Positions 30,258 through 40,416 of a DNA stretch of 64,000 nt are shown piece after piece. The first letter of the stretch is position 1; every line of letters begins with the position of its first letter. The notes beneath the pieces were generated by a model, which made no database searches, was not told the DNA's origin, and was given only the letters and a program-made list of their open reading frames with translations. The stretch spans positions 32,001 to 96,000 of the forward strand of contig JBKBRF010000002.1 of NCBI GenBank assembly GCA_046292385.1, in the 5' to 3' direction. The stretch comes from Armatimonadota bacterium. Its GTDB lineage: Bacteria; Armatimonadota; SYMT01. Position numbers and translations under genes: made by a program.

Positions 30258-30728
30258 CTAACTGCCCAGCTTCTCCAAGACTGCGAGCACGGCTGCTGCC
30301 TGCCCCTCGGACATCGAGTAGCTCATCCGCGCCCCATCCCAGAATTCTTCGAACACCTTCACGTGCGTTGAGAGCTCGCCGTTGCGGATCAGGCGGTTCT
30401 GGGACCGCTTCATCACAGATCGGAGCCCGGCAATTGAGCGCGGCTCGGGATGATTGAGCATCTGCGCGAGATCGGCAGCGGTCAAGACCTCCGGGGCATG
30501 CTCGGCGAGCATCCGCAGGAACGCACGGACGTTGGTCGTCGCATCGCGGATGACAGCTTCCAACTCCGGACCAGCTTCGCGGGCTGGCGCGGAAGCATGC
30601 GTCGCCAAGCTGATGGGTGCCTGCGCGTCGCCCCACCGGGCGTTCAAGTCGCTGATGACCTTCGAAACGTCATCGAGCGGTACGCCCGAATACTGGATCT
30701 GGATGGACACGGTAACGGTGGGGATCAT
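30258..30728 (-). CDS. Putative winged-HTH DNA-binding protein
   Basis: FLRMLAE...LTAADLAQML...RSIAGLRSVMKR helix pattern followed by a wing-like beta region; SD agagga. Confidence 0.6.
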   Translation of the reverse strand: MIPTVTVSIQIQYSGVPLDDVSKVISDLNARWGDAQAPISLATHASAPAREAGPELEAVIRDATTNVRAFLRMLAEHAPEVLTAADLAQMLNHPEPRSIAGLRSVMKRSQNRLIRNGELSTHVKVFEEFWDGARMSYSMSEGQAAAVLAVLEKLGS

Positions 30729-30775
30729 GGGGGGTCCTCTTGAATGAACGGGTGCTCTACCTTCAGCACAAGCAG

Positions 30776-30820
30776 AGGATAGCGTATTGTTTAAGGGCCG
30801 TCAAGAATTCTTAAACAATA
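30776..30820 (-). promoter_or_regulatory. Sigma70-type promoter with an overlapping inverted-repeat operator
   Basis: Minus strand TTGACG-17 bp-TATCCT; perfect 11-bp inverted repeat TATTGTTTAAG (30785-30795) / CTTAAACAATA (30810-30820). Confidence 0.75.
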
Positions 30821-31157
30821 GCGCTCATACGACGAAGGCTTTGACGAACGCAGCCTGAGAGGGTCTGCAGGTTAATCGTGCTGCGGGTCGGAGAGCCTCT
30901 ACCCAAAGTGCGGGAAAGAATCCGAAGGCGCTGGCACCAAGACATGCCGATGGCCACCGCTCGGCCCATTAAGGCAACTCACACAACCCGCGTGCCTAGA
31001 TCGCGCTGACGCTCCTGTTTGATGAGGCCGAGGAGGTTCTCTCCAGCCGATCCGCCGGGTTCGCGGAGCGATCCTGCCACCGGGTAGCGGCCCCGGTCCG
31101 GTCCCGCGTCACGGCGGGCCGCCGCCCGCGCGCGGGGAGCCACGCCGGCGCGGCGGG

Positions 31158-31205
31158 GTGTTAAGCTTTGCGTGAGGCGCGGCCGCCGTCCCCCGCGCCT
31201 CACGC
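31158..31205 (+). promoter_or_regulatory. Extended -10 element (TGnTAAGCT) followed by a 13-bp stem hairpin just before the aminotransferase ATG
   Basis: gtgttaagct followed by GCGTGAGGCGCGG-10 nt-CCGCGCCTCACGC. Confidence 0.55.
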
Positions 31206-31210
31206 TGCGC

Positions 31211-32421
<1,211 letters not shown>

Positions 32422-32425
<4 letters not shown>

Positions 32426-33537
32426 GCGCGCTGGAAGCCGAGCTGCTGGCGCTCTGCGGGCGGGGGGTCGACGCTCCGCTCCCGGACGTGGAATTCAACC
32501 GGCTGGCGCTCGCCGTCTTCGCCTACCAGTGGGAGCGGAACGCCCCTTACGGCGCCTACTGCCGCGCCCGCGGCGCTTCACCGGAGACGGTCTCATCCTG
32601 GCGGGAGATCCCGGCGCTGCCGACCGCCGCCTTCAAAGAGGCGGAGCTGACCACGGAGCCGGGGGCGGTGCGGGTGGTCTACCAGACGAGCGGCAGCACC
32701 CGCGGGGAGACGAAGCGCGGCCGCCACCCCCTGCCGGATACTCGCCTGTACGACGCCTCCCTGGAGCCGAACTTCCAGGCTCACCTGCTGCCGGACCGGG
32801 ACCGCATTCGGATACTCGTCTGCGGCCCCAGCGCGGAGCAGTTCCCCCACTCCTCGCTGGGACACATGCACAGCCGCGCGATCGAACGGTTCGGCGCCCC
32901 GGGGAGCGGGATCTACTGGAATGCGGAAGGCCCGCGCTTCCGGGAGCTGGCTGCCGCGCTCGAGGCGGCGGAGGCGGAGGGCGAGGCGGTCTGCCTGCTC
33001 GGGACCGCGTTCGGGTTCGTCCACTTCCTCGACTGGCTCGCGGAGCAGCGCCGGACGTTCCGCCTGCCCCCCGGCTCCCGGCTCATGGATACCGGCGGCT
33101 ACAAGGGCCGCTCGCGGGAGGTGCCGCGCGAGGAGCTGTACGCCCTTTACGGCGAGAGGCTGGGAGTGCCGCTCACCCACGTGGTGAACGAGTACGGCAT
33201 GACGGAGCTCGGAAGCCAGTTCTACGACACCGTCCTTCGGGATCTCTGCGCGGGCACGCCGGGACCGGCCGACGTCGCGCACCGCCGCAAGCTCCCGCCG
33301 CCCTGGGTGCGCGTGGAGGTGGTCTACCCGGAGACCCTCTGCCCCGTCGCGGACGAGGAGGTCGGTCTGCTGCGCTTCTACGACCTCGCCAACCTCCACT
33401 CGGTGCTGGCGGTGCAGACCGACGACCTGGGCCAGCGGCGCGGGGCCGGCTTCGAGATCCTCGGCCGCGCCGCCGGCGCCGAGCCCCGCGGCTGCTCGCT
33501 GGCGGCGGAAGAGTTCATGTCGGCGCAGGACCGGTGA
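32422..33537 (+). CDS. luxE: LuxE-like acyl-protein synthetase
   Basis: YQTSGST P-loop, TGGYKGR, NEYGMTE, QTDDLG and C-terminal GR...RGCS; ATGA overlap with the upstream gene. Confidence 0.88.
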
Positions 33538-34970
33538 CCGAGATGGAGCCCCTCCCCGCCGCCGAGTGGCTCCCCGAGGGCCTGCAGCCGTCCGCAGCCC
33601 CCGCGCCGCTGGAGGTGAGCGGCGTCGCGCTCACCCGGAGGCCGCTCGACGCTGACTCTGCCGCGGCGCTGGCGCGAGGGCTGCGGGACCGCGCTCCCGA
33701 CTTCAAGAAACTGCCGATCCAGGAGATCCTGCGCGGGCTCACGCGCGCGCACCGCGCCTGGACCCTCCCCCGCAGCCCTCATCGGTTGGAGGCAGCGGCG
33801 CTGCTGGCGCGGGTGACCGGCTACCCGGAGCTCCTCGTCGAGCAGCACCTGCGGCGCCTCTTCCAGAGCCTCAGCGGCGGGGAGATGCTCTCGTGGCTCA
33901 GCCAGGCCTCCGTGCCCTGGACGAAGCCGCACGAGTTTGTGGCCCTCCCCATGGTGACCGGTCCGGCGCTGACCGTCGTCGTCTCCAGTGGGAACATCCC
34001 CGGCGCGGCGGTACCCTCCGTGGCGCAGGCGCTCCTGCTGAAGTCGCCCTGCCTGGTGAAGAGCAGCTCGGAGGAGCCGTCGCTGCTGCCGCTCTACGCC
34101 CGCTCCCTCGCGGAGCTGGCGCCGGAGCTGGCGCCGTTCCTCGCCGTCACCGGCTGGCGCGGCGGCGACGCGGCCGTGGAAGAGGCGGTGCTGCGCGAGG
34201 CGGAGGCGCTGATCGCCTACGGCGGCGACGAGGCGCTCCTGGCGCTGCGCTCCCGGCTGCCGCTGCGCGCGCGGTTTCTCCCCTACGGCCACCGGATCAG
34301 CTTCTCCGCGGTCGCACGGGAGTCGCTGACCCGTCGTGCCGCCTCCGGCACGGCGCGACGCGCGGTGCGCGACCTCACCACCTTCGACCAGCAGGGCTGC
34401 ATGTCGCCGCAGGCGCTCTACGTGGAAGAAGGGGGCGAAGTCTCGCCGGCGGGCTTCGCGGAGCTGCTGGCGCGCGAGTTGGAGCGGGCGGAACGGAAGC
34501 TGCCGCGCCGCCCGCTCTCCCCGGCGGAGGCGGCGGCGATCCACCAGTTCCGCGCCTCGCTGGAGATGCGGTCGTTCTCCACGCCCGGCCTGCGGCTCTG
34601 GCAGAGCCCCGGGGGGACGCAGTGGACCGTCGCGCTCGATCCGGATCCCACTCTCCGGCCCTGCCCCCTCAACCGGACTGCGGTGGTCCACCCGCTGCCG
34701 GACCTCTCGGCGCTCCCCGCGCTGCTGGAGCCGGTCCGGAGCGTGCTCAATACCGCCGTTCTGGCGATTCCCCCGGAGCGAAAAGGGGAGCTGGCGACGC
34801 TGCTCTCGTCGGCCGGCGTGACCCGGCTCGCGGTGGTGGGGACGGCACAGGAGCCGATCTTTCACGACCCGCACGATGGGGTGCGCTCGCTCTCCCAGCT
34901 CGCCCGCTATACCTCGCTGGAGCTGTCGGATCCTGCCTACTCGGTGGAAACCTCCGGGGCCCAGAGCTAG
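33534..34970 (+). CDS. luxC: LuxC-like acyl-CoA reductase
   Basis: SGNIP, KSSS, AYGGDE, YGHRISFS, FDQQGCMSPQ (catalytic Cys) and HDG; GTGA overlap. Confidence 0.88.
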   Translation: MTEMEPLPAAEWLPEGLQPSAAPAPLEVSGVALTRRPLDADSAAALARGLRDRAPDFKKLPIQEILRGLTRAHRAWTLPRSPHRLEAAALLARVTGYPELLVEQHLRRLFQSLSGGEMLSWLSQASVPWTKPHEFVALPMVTGPALTVVVSSGNIPGAAVPSVAQALLLKSPCLVKSSSEEPSLLPLYARSLAELAPELAPFLAVTGWRGGDAAVEEAVLREAEALIAYGGDEALLALRSRLPLRARFLPYGHRISFSAVARESLTRRAASGTARRAVRDLTTFDQQGCMSPQALYVEEGGEVSPAGFAELLARELERAERKLPRRPLSPAEAAAIHQFRASLEMRSFSTPGLRLWQSPGGTQWTVALDPDPTLRPCPLNRTAVVHPLPDLSALPALLEPVRSVLNTAVLAIPPERKGELATLLSSAGVTRLAVVGTAQEPIFHDPHDGVRSLSQLARYTSLELSDPAYSVETSGAQS

Positions 34971-35038
34971 AGCCGGCAGGTTCTCGCATCCGCTGCTCTT
35001 GAAGAAGGAGGGAAACAGCGCGCGAGCAGCTAAAAGAT

Positions 35039-35082
35039 ACTTAATAAATGGCGCTGCATAAGTGGCGGCAACCTGCTACACT
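35039..35082 (+). promoter_or_regulatory. Putative ROK/XylR-type operator and extended -10 promoter
   Basis: 25-bp ACTTAATAAATGGCGCTGCATAAGT (ACTTA-N15-TAAGT) in an AT-rich patch; TGcTACACT at 35074-35082. Confidence 0.6.
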
Positions 35083-35113
35083 GGAGTCAGTCGCCTTCCT
35101 CCCCCCACCCGCC

Positions 35114-36283
35114 ATGGCCCAGCGCTCTCCGATCCAGCCGGTCATCCTCAGCAAGATCAACGAGCGGCAGGTGCTCCGCACGCTGCTGCTGCAGGGCCCG
35201 CTCTCGCGCGCGGAGCTGGCGCGGCTGACCGGTATGACGCACCCCACCGTCTCCAAGGCGGTCGAGACGCTGCTCCTCGCCAACCTGCTGGAGGAGCGGG
35301 AGCCGGCGGCCAGCTTCGGACGTCCCGCGCGGAAGCTGGGGCTGGCGGCGCGGGCGCGGGTGCTGGGGCTGGTGATCGACGCCGGCTGGTGCCGGGTCGT
35401 CTCCGCGAGCCTGGACGGCCAGATCGACCCGGCGCTGACGCGGGAGTTCCCCACGCCGGAGAGTTACGAGGAGCTGATCGAGCGAACGGTCGAGTGTGCC
35501 GTGCCGCTGGTGGCGCTCGACGGCGTCACCACGCTCGGCATGGGGGTGAGCGTGCCGGGACTGGTCGACTACCGCCACCAGCGCAGCCTCCTCTCCCCGA
35601 ACGTGCCGATCACCAATGGCCGGTGCCCGGCGGCCGACCTGAAGAGCCGCCTCGGCATCGAGTGCGTGCTGATCCAGGAAGAGCACGCGCTCTGCCTGGC
35701 GGAGCGCTCCTTCGGGAGCGCGCGCGGCCTGGAAGACTTCGCGATCCTCGACGTCAGCACCGGGGTCGGTCTCGGCGTGATGAGCAGCGGACGTCTCCTC
35801 ACCGGCCGGAGCGGCCTGGCGGGCGAGATCGGCCACGTCACGGTAGAGCTGCGAGGCCGGCCGTGCGGCTGCGGCAACTGCGGCTGCCTGGAGACGGTCG
35901 CCTGCGACAGCGCCCTCGCCCGGATGGTCTCCGAGCGGCTCGGCCGGCGCATCTCGATCGACGAGATCCTGGCCCTGGCCGCCCGCGGCGAGCTCTCGCT
36001 GGAGCCGGAGCTGGAGCTGCTGAAGGAGTACCTCGCCGTCGGGATCGCCGCGGTGATCAACCTCTTCAACCCCGCCTCCCTCTTCGTACACGGCCGCCTC
36101 TTCGAGCTGGACGAGCGGATCTTTCCGGAAGTGGTGGAGCGCACGCGCGAGCGCGCCCTCTCCCCGTCTTTCGCCGACTGCGAGATCGTCCAGGCGCGCG
36201 GCAGCAAGCGGCAGGGAGCGGTCGCGGCGATGATCGAGCACCGCATCGACTCGCTTGTTCCTTCGGAGGTCGGGATTCTCTGA
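35114..36283 (+). CDS. ROK family transcriptional repressor
   Basis: HTH SRAELARLTGMTHPTVS; GEIGH...CGCGNCGCLE. Confidence 0.93.
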   Translation: MAQRSPIQPVILSKINERQVLRTLLLQGPLSRAELARLTGMTHPTVSKAVETLLLANLLEEREPAASFGRPARKLGLAARARVLGLVIDAGWCRVVSASLDGQIDPALTREFPTPESYEELIERTVECAVPLVALDGVTTLGMGVSVPGLVDYRHQRSLLSPNVPITNGRCPAADLKSRLGIECVLIQEEHALCLAERSFGSARGLEDFAILDVSTGVGLGVMSSGRLLTGRSGLAGEIGHVTVELRGRPCGCGNCGCLETVACDSALARMVSERLGRRISIDEILALAARGELSLEPELELLKEYLAVGIAAVINLFNPASLFVHGRLFELDERIFPEVVERTRERALSPSFADCEIVQARGSKRQGAVAAMIEHRIDSLVPSEVGIL

Positions 36284-36541
36284 CACAGAGGGACACAGAG
36301 GAACCAACAGAGGGGACACAGATTAGATCGAACTGCGCAGCACGGCCGCATCCATATTCCCGCCCCAGCCATCCTGAACGTCAGTGAAGGATCTCGGCAG
36401 CCGTGCTGGGACGGGAAACGCATTAACGTGGCGAGGGGCTGGTCTGCCGTGGATTAGCGGCCAGCGGGCAAGGAGCAGAGCCCAGAATGGCTGCCCTCTG
36501 TGGTCCTCTGTAAGTTCTTCTGTGTCCCTCTGTGTCGAAAA
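36281..36541. repeat. MITE-like element, copy 1 (GACACAGAGGGACACAGA termini; internal CATCCTGAACGTCAGTGAAGGATCT)
   Basis: Inverted termini; homologous in the opposite orientation to 38619-38983. Confidence 0.8.
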
Positions 36542-36559
36542 GAAAGCTCGTAAAGAACG

Positions 36560-37600
36560 ATGAGCACCTGGGAGCAGCGCTGGCATCCGCTGCGTGAGGA
36601 ATGGGTGATCGTGGCGGCCCACCGGCAGAACCGCCCCTGGATCGGGGAGACGGTGGGGGGCGACGAGCGGCCGACGCCGTCGTACGTGCCGGACTGCTAC
36701 CTCTGCCCGGGCAACTCCCGGGTGAGCGGGGCGCGGAACCCGGAGTACGCGTCGACCTACGTCTTCGACAACGACCACCCGTGCGTCGGCCCGCTCGCCC
36801 CGCGCGACCTGCCGCAGCCGGCAGGGATCCTGCGGAGCCGGCCGGCGGAGGGGATCGCCCGCGTCGTCTGCTACAGCCCGCTGCACAACGTCACCCTGGC
36901 GGAGCTGGAGCCGCCGCAGATCGAGGAGCTGCTGCGGGTCTGGCAGGAGCAGTACCGGGAGCTGGGTGCGCGCGACGAGGTGGCGCACGTCCTCGTCTTC
37001 GAGAACAAGGGCGAGGTGGTCGGCGTCTCCAACCCGCACCCGCACTGCCAGATCTACGCCACCAACTTCGTCTTCAAGACGATCGAGACGGAGGCGAAAG
37101 CGGGCGAGCGCCACCTGGCGGAGACGGGCCGCGTGCTGTTCCAGGACGTGCTCCAGGCGGAGCGTCAGGACGGACGCCGCATCCTGGCGGAGAACGAGAC
37201 CGCCATCGCCTTCGTCCCCTACTTCGCGCGCTACGCCTACGAGGTCTACGTCGCGCCGAAGGCGACTCATCCGAGCCTGGCGGGCCTCTCCGGCGAGGAG
37301 CTGCGCGGCTTCTCCGAGGTGCTGAAACGGGTGCTGGTGCAATTCGACAACCTCTGGGGGATGCCGTTCCCCTACGTGATGGCGCTCCACCAGGCGCCGA
37401 CCGACGGCCGCAAGTACCCCGGCTTCCACTTCCACCTCGAGTTCCACCCGCCGCTGCGAAAGCCGAACCTGCTGAAGTACCTGGCCGGGCCCGAGATCGG
37501 CGGCGGAAGCTTCCTGGCCGACACGGCGCCGGAGGAGAAGGCGGCGGAGCTGCGCTCGCAGCCGGAGATCCACTACAAGCGGCGAGGACTGGAGGCGTGA
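36560..37600 (+). CDS. galT: Sugar-1-phosphate uridylyltransferase (GalT family)
   Basis: RWHPL..EW...HR..RPW, CYLCPGN, FENKG and SNPHPHCQ (HPHxQ). Confidence 0.93.
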   Translation: MSTWEQRWHPLREEWVIVAAHRQNRPWIGETVGGDERPTPSYVPDCYLCPGNSRVSGARNPEYASTYVFDNDHPCVGPLAPRDLPQPAGILRSRPAEGIARVVCYSPLHNVTLAELEPPQIEELLRVWQEQYRELGARDEVAHVLVFENKGEVVGVSNPHPHCQIYATNFVFKTIETEAKAGERHLAETGRVLFQDVLQAERQDGRRILAENETAIAFVPYFARYAYEVYVAPKATHPSLAGLSGEELRGFSEVLKRVLVQFDNLWGMPFPYVMALHQAPTDGRKYPGFHFHLEFHPPLRKPNLLKYLAGPEIGGGSFLADTAPEEKAAELRSQPEIHYKRRGLEA

Positions 37601-38742
37601 TGGCGGACCGACAGGCCGACGCGCGGGCGCTGCTGGAGCCGATCCGGCGCATCCACGAGGAGATCCGCGCCGCCGTGGTCGAGGCGTGCGAGGCGGCGGA
37701 GCGGGAGCAGTCCGACCACCTCTCCGGCGTGGCCGAAGAGGCGGAAGGCGACACGATCTACGCGGTTGACCGCGTCAGCGAGGAGCGGCTCGTCACCCTC
37801 TTCGAGCGGGAGATCGCCCCGACCGCGCCGCTGGTCCTGATCGCGGAGGGCCTGCCCGGCGGGAAGATGGTCCTCCCCCGCGGCACCTCGGAGGAGGACG
37901 CGGTCTGGCGGGTGATCGTCGACCCGATCGACGGCACGCGCGGCGTGATGTACCAGAAGCGCTCCGCCTGGATCCTCACCGGCGTGGCGCCGAACCGCGG
38001 GCCGGAGACCGACCTGCAGGAGATCGTCCTGGCGATCCAGACCGAGATCCCGCTGGTGAAGCAGCACCTCTCCGACACCGCCTGGGCCCTCCGCGGCGAA
38101 GGAGTGGGGGCGGAGCGGTTCAACCGCCTGACCGGCGAGCGGACCCCGCTGCGGCTGCGGCCGTCCCGCGCCGCCACCATCGAGCACGGCTACGCCGGGC
38201 TGACCCGCTTCTTCCCCGGCGCCCGCGAGGAGCTGGCCGCGATCGACGAAGAGATCGTCCGCGGCGCGCTCGGCCCCGTCCGCCGCGGGAAGGCTTCCTG
38301 CTTCGAGGACCAGTACGCCTCCACCGGCGGCCAGCTTTTCGAGCTGATGTGCGGCCACGACCGCTTCCAGGCCGACCTGCGCCCCCTGATGGAGCCGCTC
38401 CTCGCCCGCCGCGGCGTGGCGCTCGGGATCTGCTGCCACCCGTACGACCTCTGCACGGAGCTGATCGCCCGCGAGCTGGGCGTCCTCGTCACCGACCCGT
38501 CCGGAGAGCCGGTGCGGGCCCGGCTCGACGTGGAGCCGGACGTGGCGTGGGTCGGCTACGCGAACGCCGCGATCCGCGAGCAGATCGAGCCGCTGCTGCG
38601 GGAGGCGCTCTCCCGGCGTTTTTCGACACAGAGGGACACAGAAGAACTTACAGAGGGAACACAGATGGAATTCCCCGGTGAACTGTCGTCGTCACCGCGT
38701 CCCCGCCGCAGTCATCCTGAACGGAGTGAAGGATCTACGTAA
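37600..38742 (+). CDS. Inositol monophosphatase/FBPase-family phosphatase; C-terminus extended by a repeat element
   Basis: VDRVSEE, IAEG, VDPIDGT and HPYD motifs; last ~40 codons are element sequence. Confidence 0.85.
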   Translation: MADRQADARALLEPIRRIHEEIRAAVVEACEAAEREQSDHLSGVAEEAEGDTIYAVDRVSEERLVTLFEREIAPTAPLVLIAEGLPGGKMVLPRGTSEEDAVWRVIVDPIDGTRGVMYQKRSAWILTGVAPNRGPETDLQEIVLAIQTEIPLVKQHLSDTAWALRGEGVGAERFNRLTGERTPLRLRPSRAATIEHGYAGLTRFFPGAREELAAIDEEIVRGALGPVRRGKASCFEDQYASTGGQLFELMCGHDRFQADLRPLMEPLLARRGVALGICCHPYDLCTELIARELGVLVTDPSGEPVRARLDVEPDVAWVGYANAAIREQIEPLLREALSRRFSTQRDTEELTEGTQMEFPGELSSSPRPRRSHPERSEGST

Positions 38743-38983
38743 CTAAGCTTGTTCCGAAGCGTGAGACCACCCGGACGGCCGAAATCCGCTTGCAGTGCCC
38801 TCATCCCCTGCCTGCGTATCCCGTCCCGGAGCGGCTGCCGAGATCCTTCACTGACGTTCAGGATGACTGGGGTTGGGGTCGGATGCGGCCGCGGATTAAC
38901 GTTCCAACCAACAGCGAATACCCGAGCCGGTTCCAATTCTGTGTCCCCTCTGTCCGTTCTTCTGTGTCCGTCCGTGTCGAAAA
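38619..38983. repeat. MITE-like element, copy 2
   Basis: TTTTCGACAC...GTGTCGAAAA termini; internal inverted GTCATCCTGAACG..GTGAAGGATCT pair. Confidence 0.8.
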
Positions 38984-38986
38984 GAC

Positions 38987-40414
38987 ATGCTCTTCTCACC
39001 TGAACTACAGCCAGCCGTAGCGAGCGCCCGGGATACCCTGTTCCGGGCGGGGGAGCCGCTCGTCGTCACGCGGGCGCCGGGGCGGCTCGACGTGATGGGC
39101 GGGATTGCGGACTACTCCGGCTCCCTGGTGCTGCAGCTTCCGATCCGGGAGGCGACCGTCGCCGCGCTGCAGCGGGATCCGGAGCCGGTGCTGCAGATCG
39201 TCAGCCTGGGGGCGGAGGCGAACGGCCGCAGCGCGGCGTTTACCATGCCGCTGTCCGACTTCCTGGACGCTGCGGGGGAGCCGGTCTCCTACCACGCGGC
39301 GCGGCGCTACTTCGGCGCCGATCCCCGGCAGGCGTGGGCGGCCTACGCCGCGGGCGCGTTCCTGGTCTTGATGCGGGAGCGCGGCGCGCGCTTCCCGGGC
39401 GGCGCGCGCATCCTCATCGCTTCCGAAGTGCCGGAGGGGAAAGGGGTCAGCTCCTCGGCGGCGATCGAGGTCGCGGTGATGCAGGCGATCGCGGCGGCAT
39501 TCGAGATCCCGCTCTCGCCGCGCGACCTCGCCCTGCTCTGCCAGCGGGTGGAAAACCGGGTGGTCGGCGCGCCGTGCGGGGTGATGGACCAGATGACCTC
39601 CGCCTGTGGGGAGGCGGCTCACCTGCTGGCGCTGCTCTGCCAGCCGGCGGAGATCGAGGGGACGGTGGCCGTGCCGGAGGAGATGGAGCTCTGGGGAATC
39701 GACTCGGGCGTGCGCCACTCCGTCTCCGGCGCGGACTACGGCTCGGTGCGGGTCGGCGCGTTCATGGGCTATCGCATCCTGGCGGAGGCCTGCGGCTTCG
39801 CGGTGGAGCGCACGGAGCAGGAGCAGCTCGTCCGCGTTACCGATCCCCGCTGGCACGGCTACCTGGCCAACGTCACCCCCTCCGAGCTGGAGCAGCACCT
39901 GCTCCGCCACCTGCCGGAGCGGCTGACCGGCGAGGAATTCCTCGCCCGCTGCGGCGGGACCACCGACCCGGTGACGCGCATCGATCCGGACCGCTCCTAC
40001 GCGGTGCGGGTCCCCACCTGCCATCCCGTTTACGAGAGCCACCGGGTGCGGACCTTCGCGGAGCTGCTGCGCGGTGCCCCCGGCGAGCGGCGGCTGGAGC
40101 TGCTGGGCGAGCTGATGTTCCAGTCGCACGCCAGCTACTCCGCCTGCGGCCTCGGGTCGCAGGCAACCGACCGGCTGGTGGAGCTGGTCCGGGCGGCGGG
40201 ACCGGCGGCGGGGCTCTACGGCGCCAAGATCACCGGCGGCGGCAGCGGCGGCACCGTGGCGGTGCTGGGACGCCGCGGCGCGGAGCCGGCCGTGCGGGAG
40301 ATCGCGGAGCGGTTCGCGGGCGAGGCCGGTCACCGGCCCTATCTCTTCTCATCCTCGTCGCCCGGCGCGGCGGCGTTTGGATCTCTCACCCTGGAAAGGG
40401 AGCACCTGGTTTAG
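38987..40414 (+). CDS. GHMP kinase resembling plant L-arabinokinase (ARA1)
   Basis: RAPGRLDVMGGIADYSGSLVLQ, PEGKGVSSSA, VGAPCGVMDQM and GAKITGGGSGGTV motifs. Confidence 0.85.
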   Translation: MLFSPELQPAVASARDTLFRAGEPLVVTRAPGRLDVMGGIADYSGSLVLQLPIREATVAALQRDPEPVLQIVSLGAEANGRSAAFTMPLSDFLDAAGEPVSYHAARRYFGADPRQAWAAYAAGAFLVLMRERGARFPGGARILIASEVPEGKGVSSSAAIEVAVMQAIAAAFEIPLSPRDLALLCQRVENRVVGAPCGVMDQMTSACGEAAHLLALLCQPAEIEGTVAVPEEMELWGIDSGVRHSVSGADYGSVRVGAFMGYRILAEACGFAVERTEQEQLVRVTDPRWHGYLANVTPSELEQHLLRHLPERLTGEEFLARCGGTTDPVTRIDPDRSYAVRVPTCHPVYESHRVRTFAELLRGAPGERRLELLGELMFQSHASYSACGLGSQATDRLVELVRAAGPAAGLYGAKITGGGSGGTVAVLGRRGAEPAVREIAERFAGEAGHRPYLFSSSSPGAAAFGSLTLEREHLV

Positions 40415-40416
40415 CG

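Noticed and set aside
30999..31060. Walker-B-like fragment LLFDEAEEVL
   Set aside because: Too short, with no start or surrounding ATPase motifs; may be chance or a tiny remnant.
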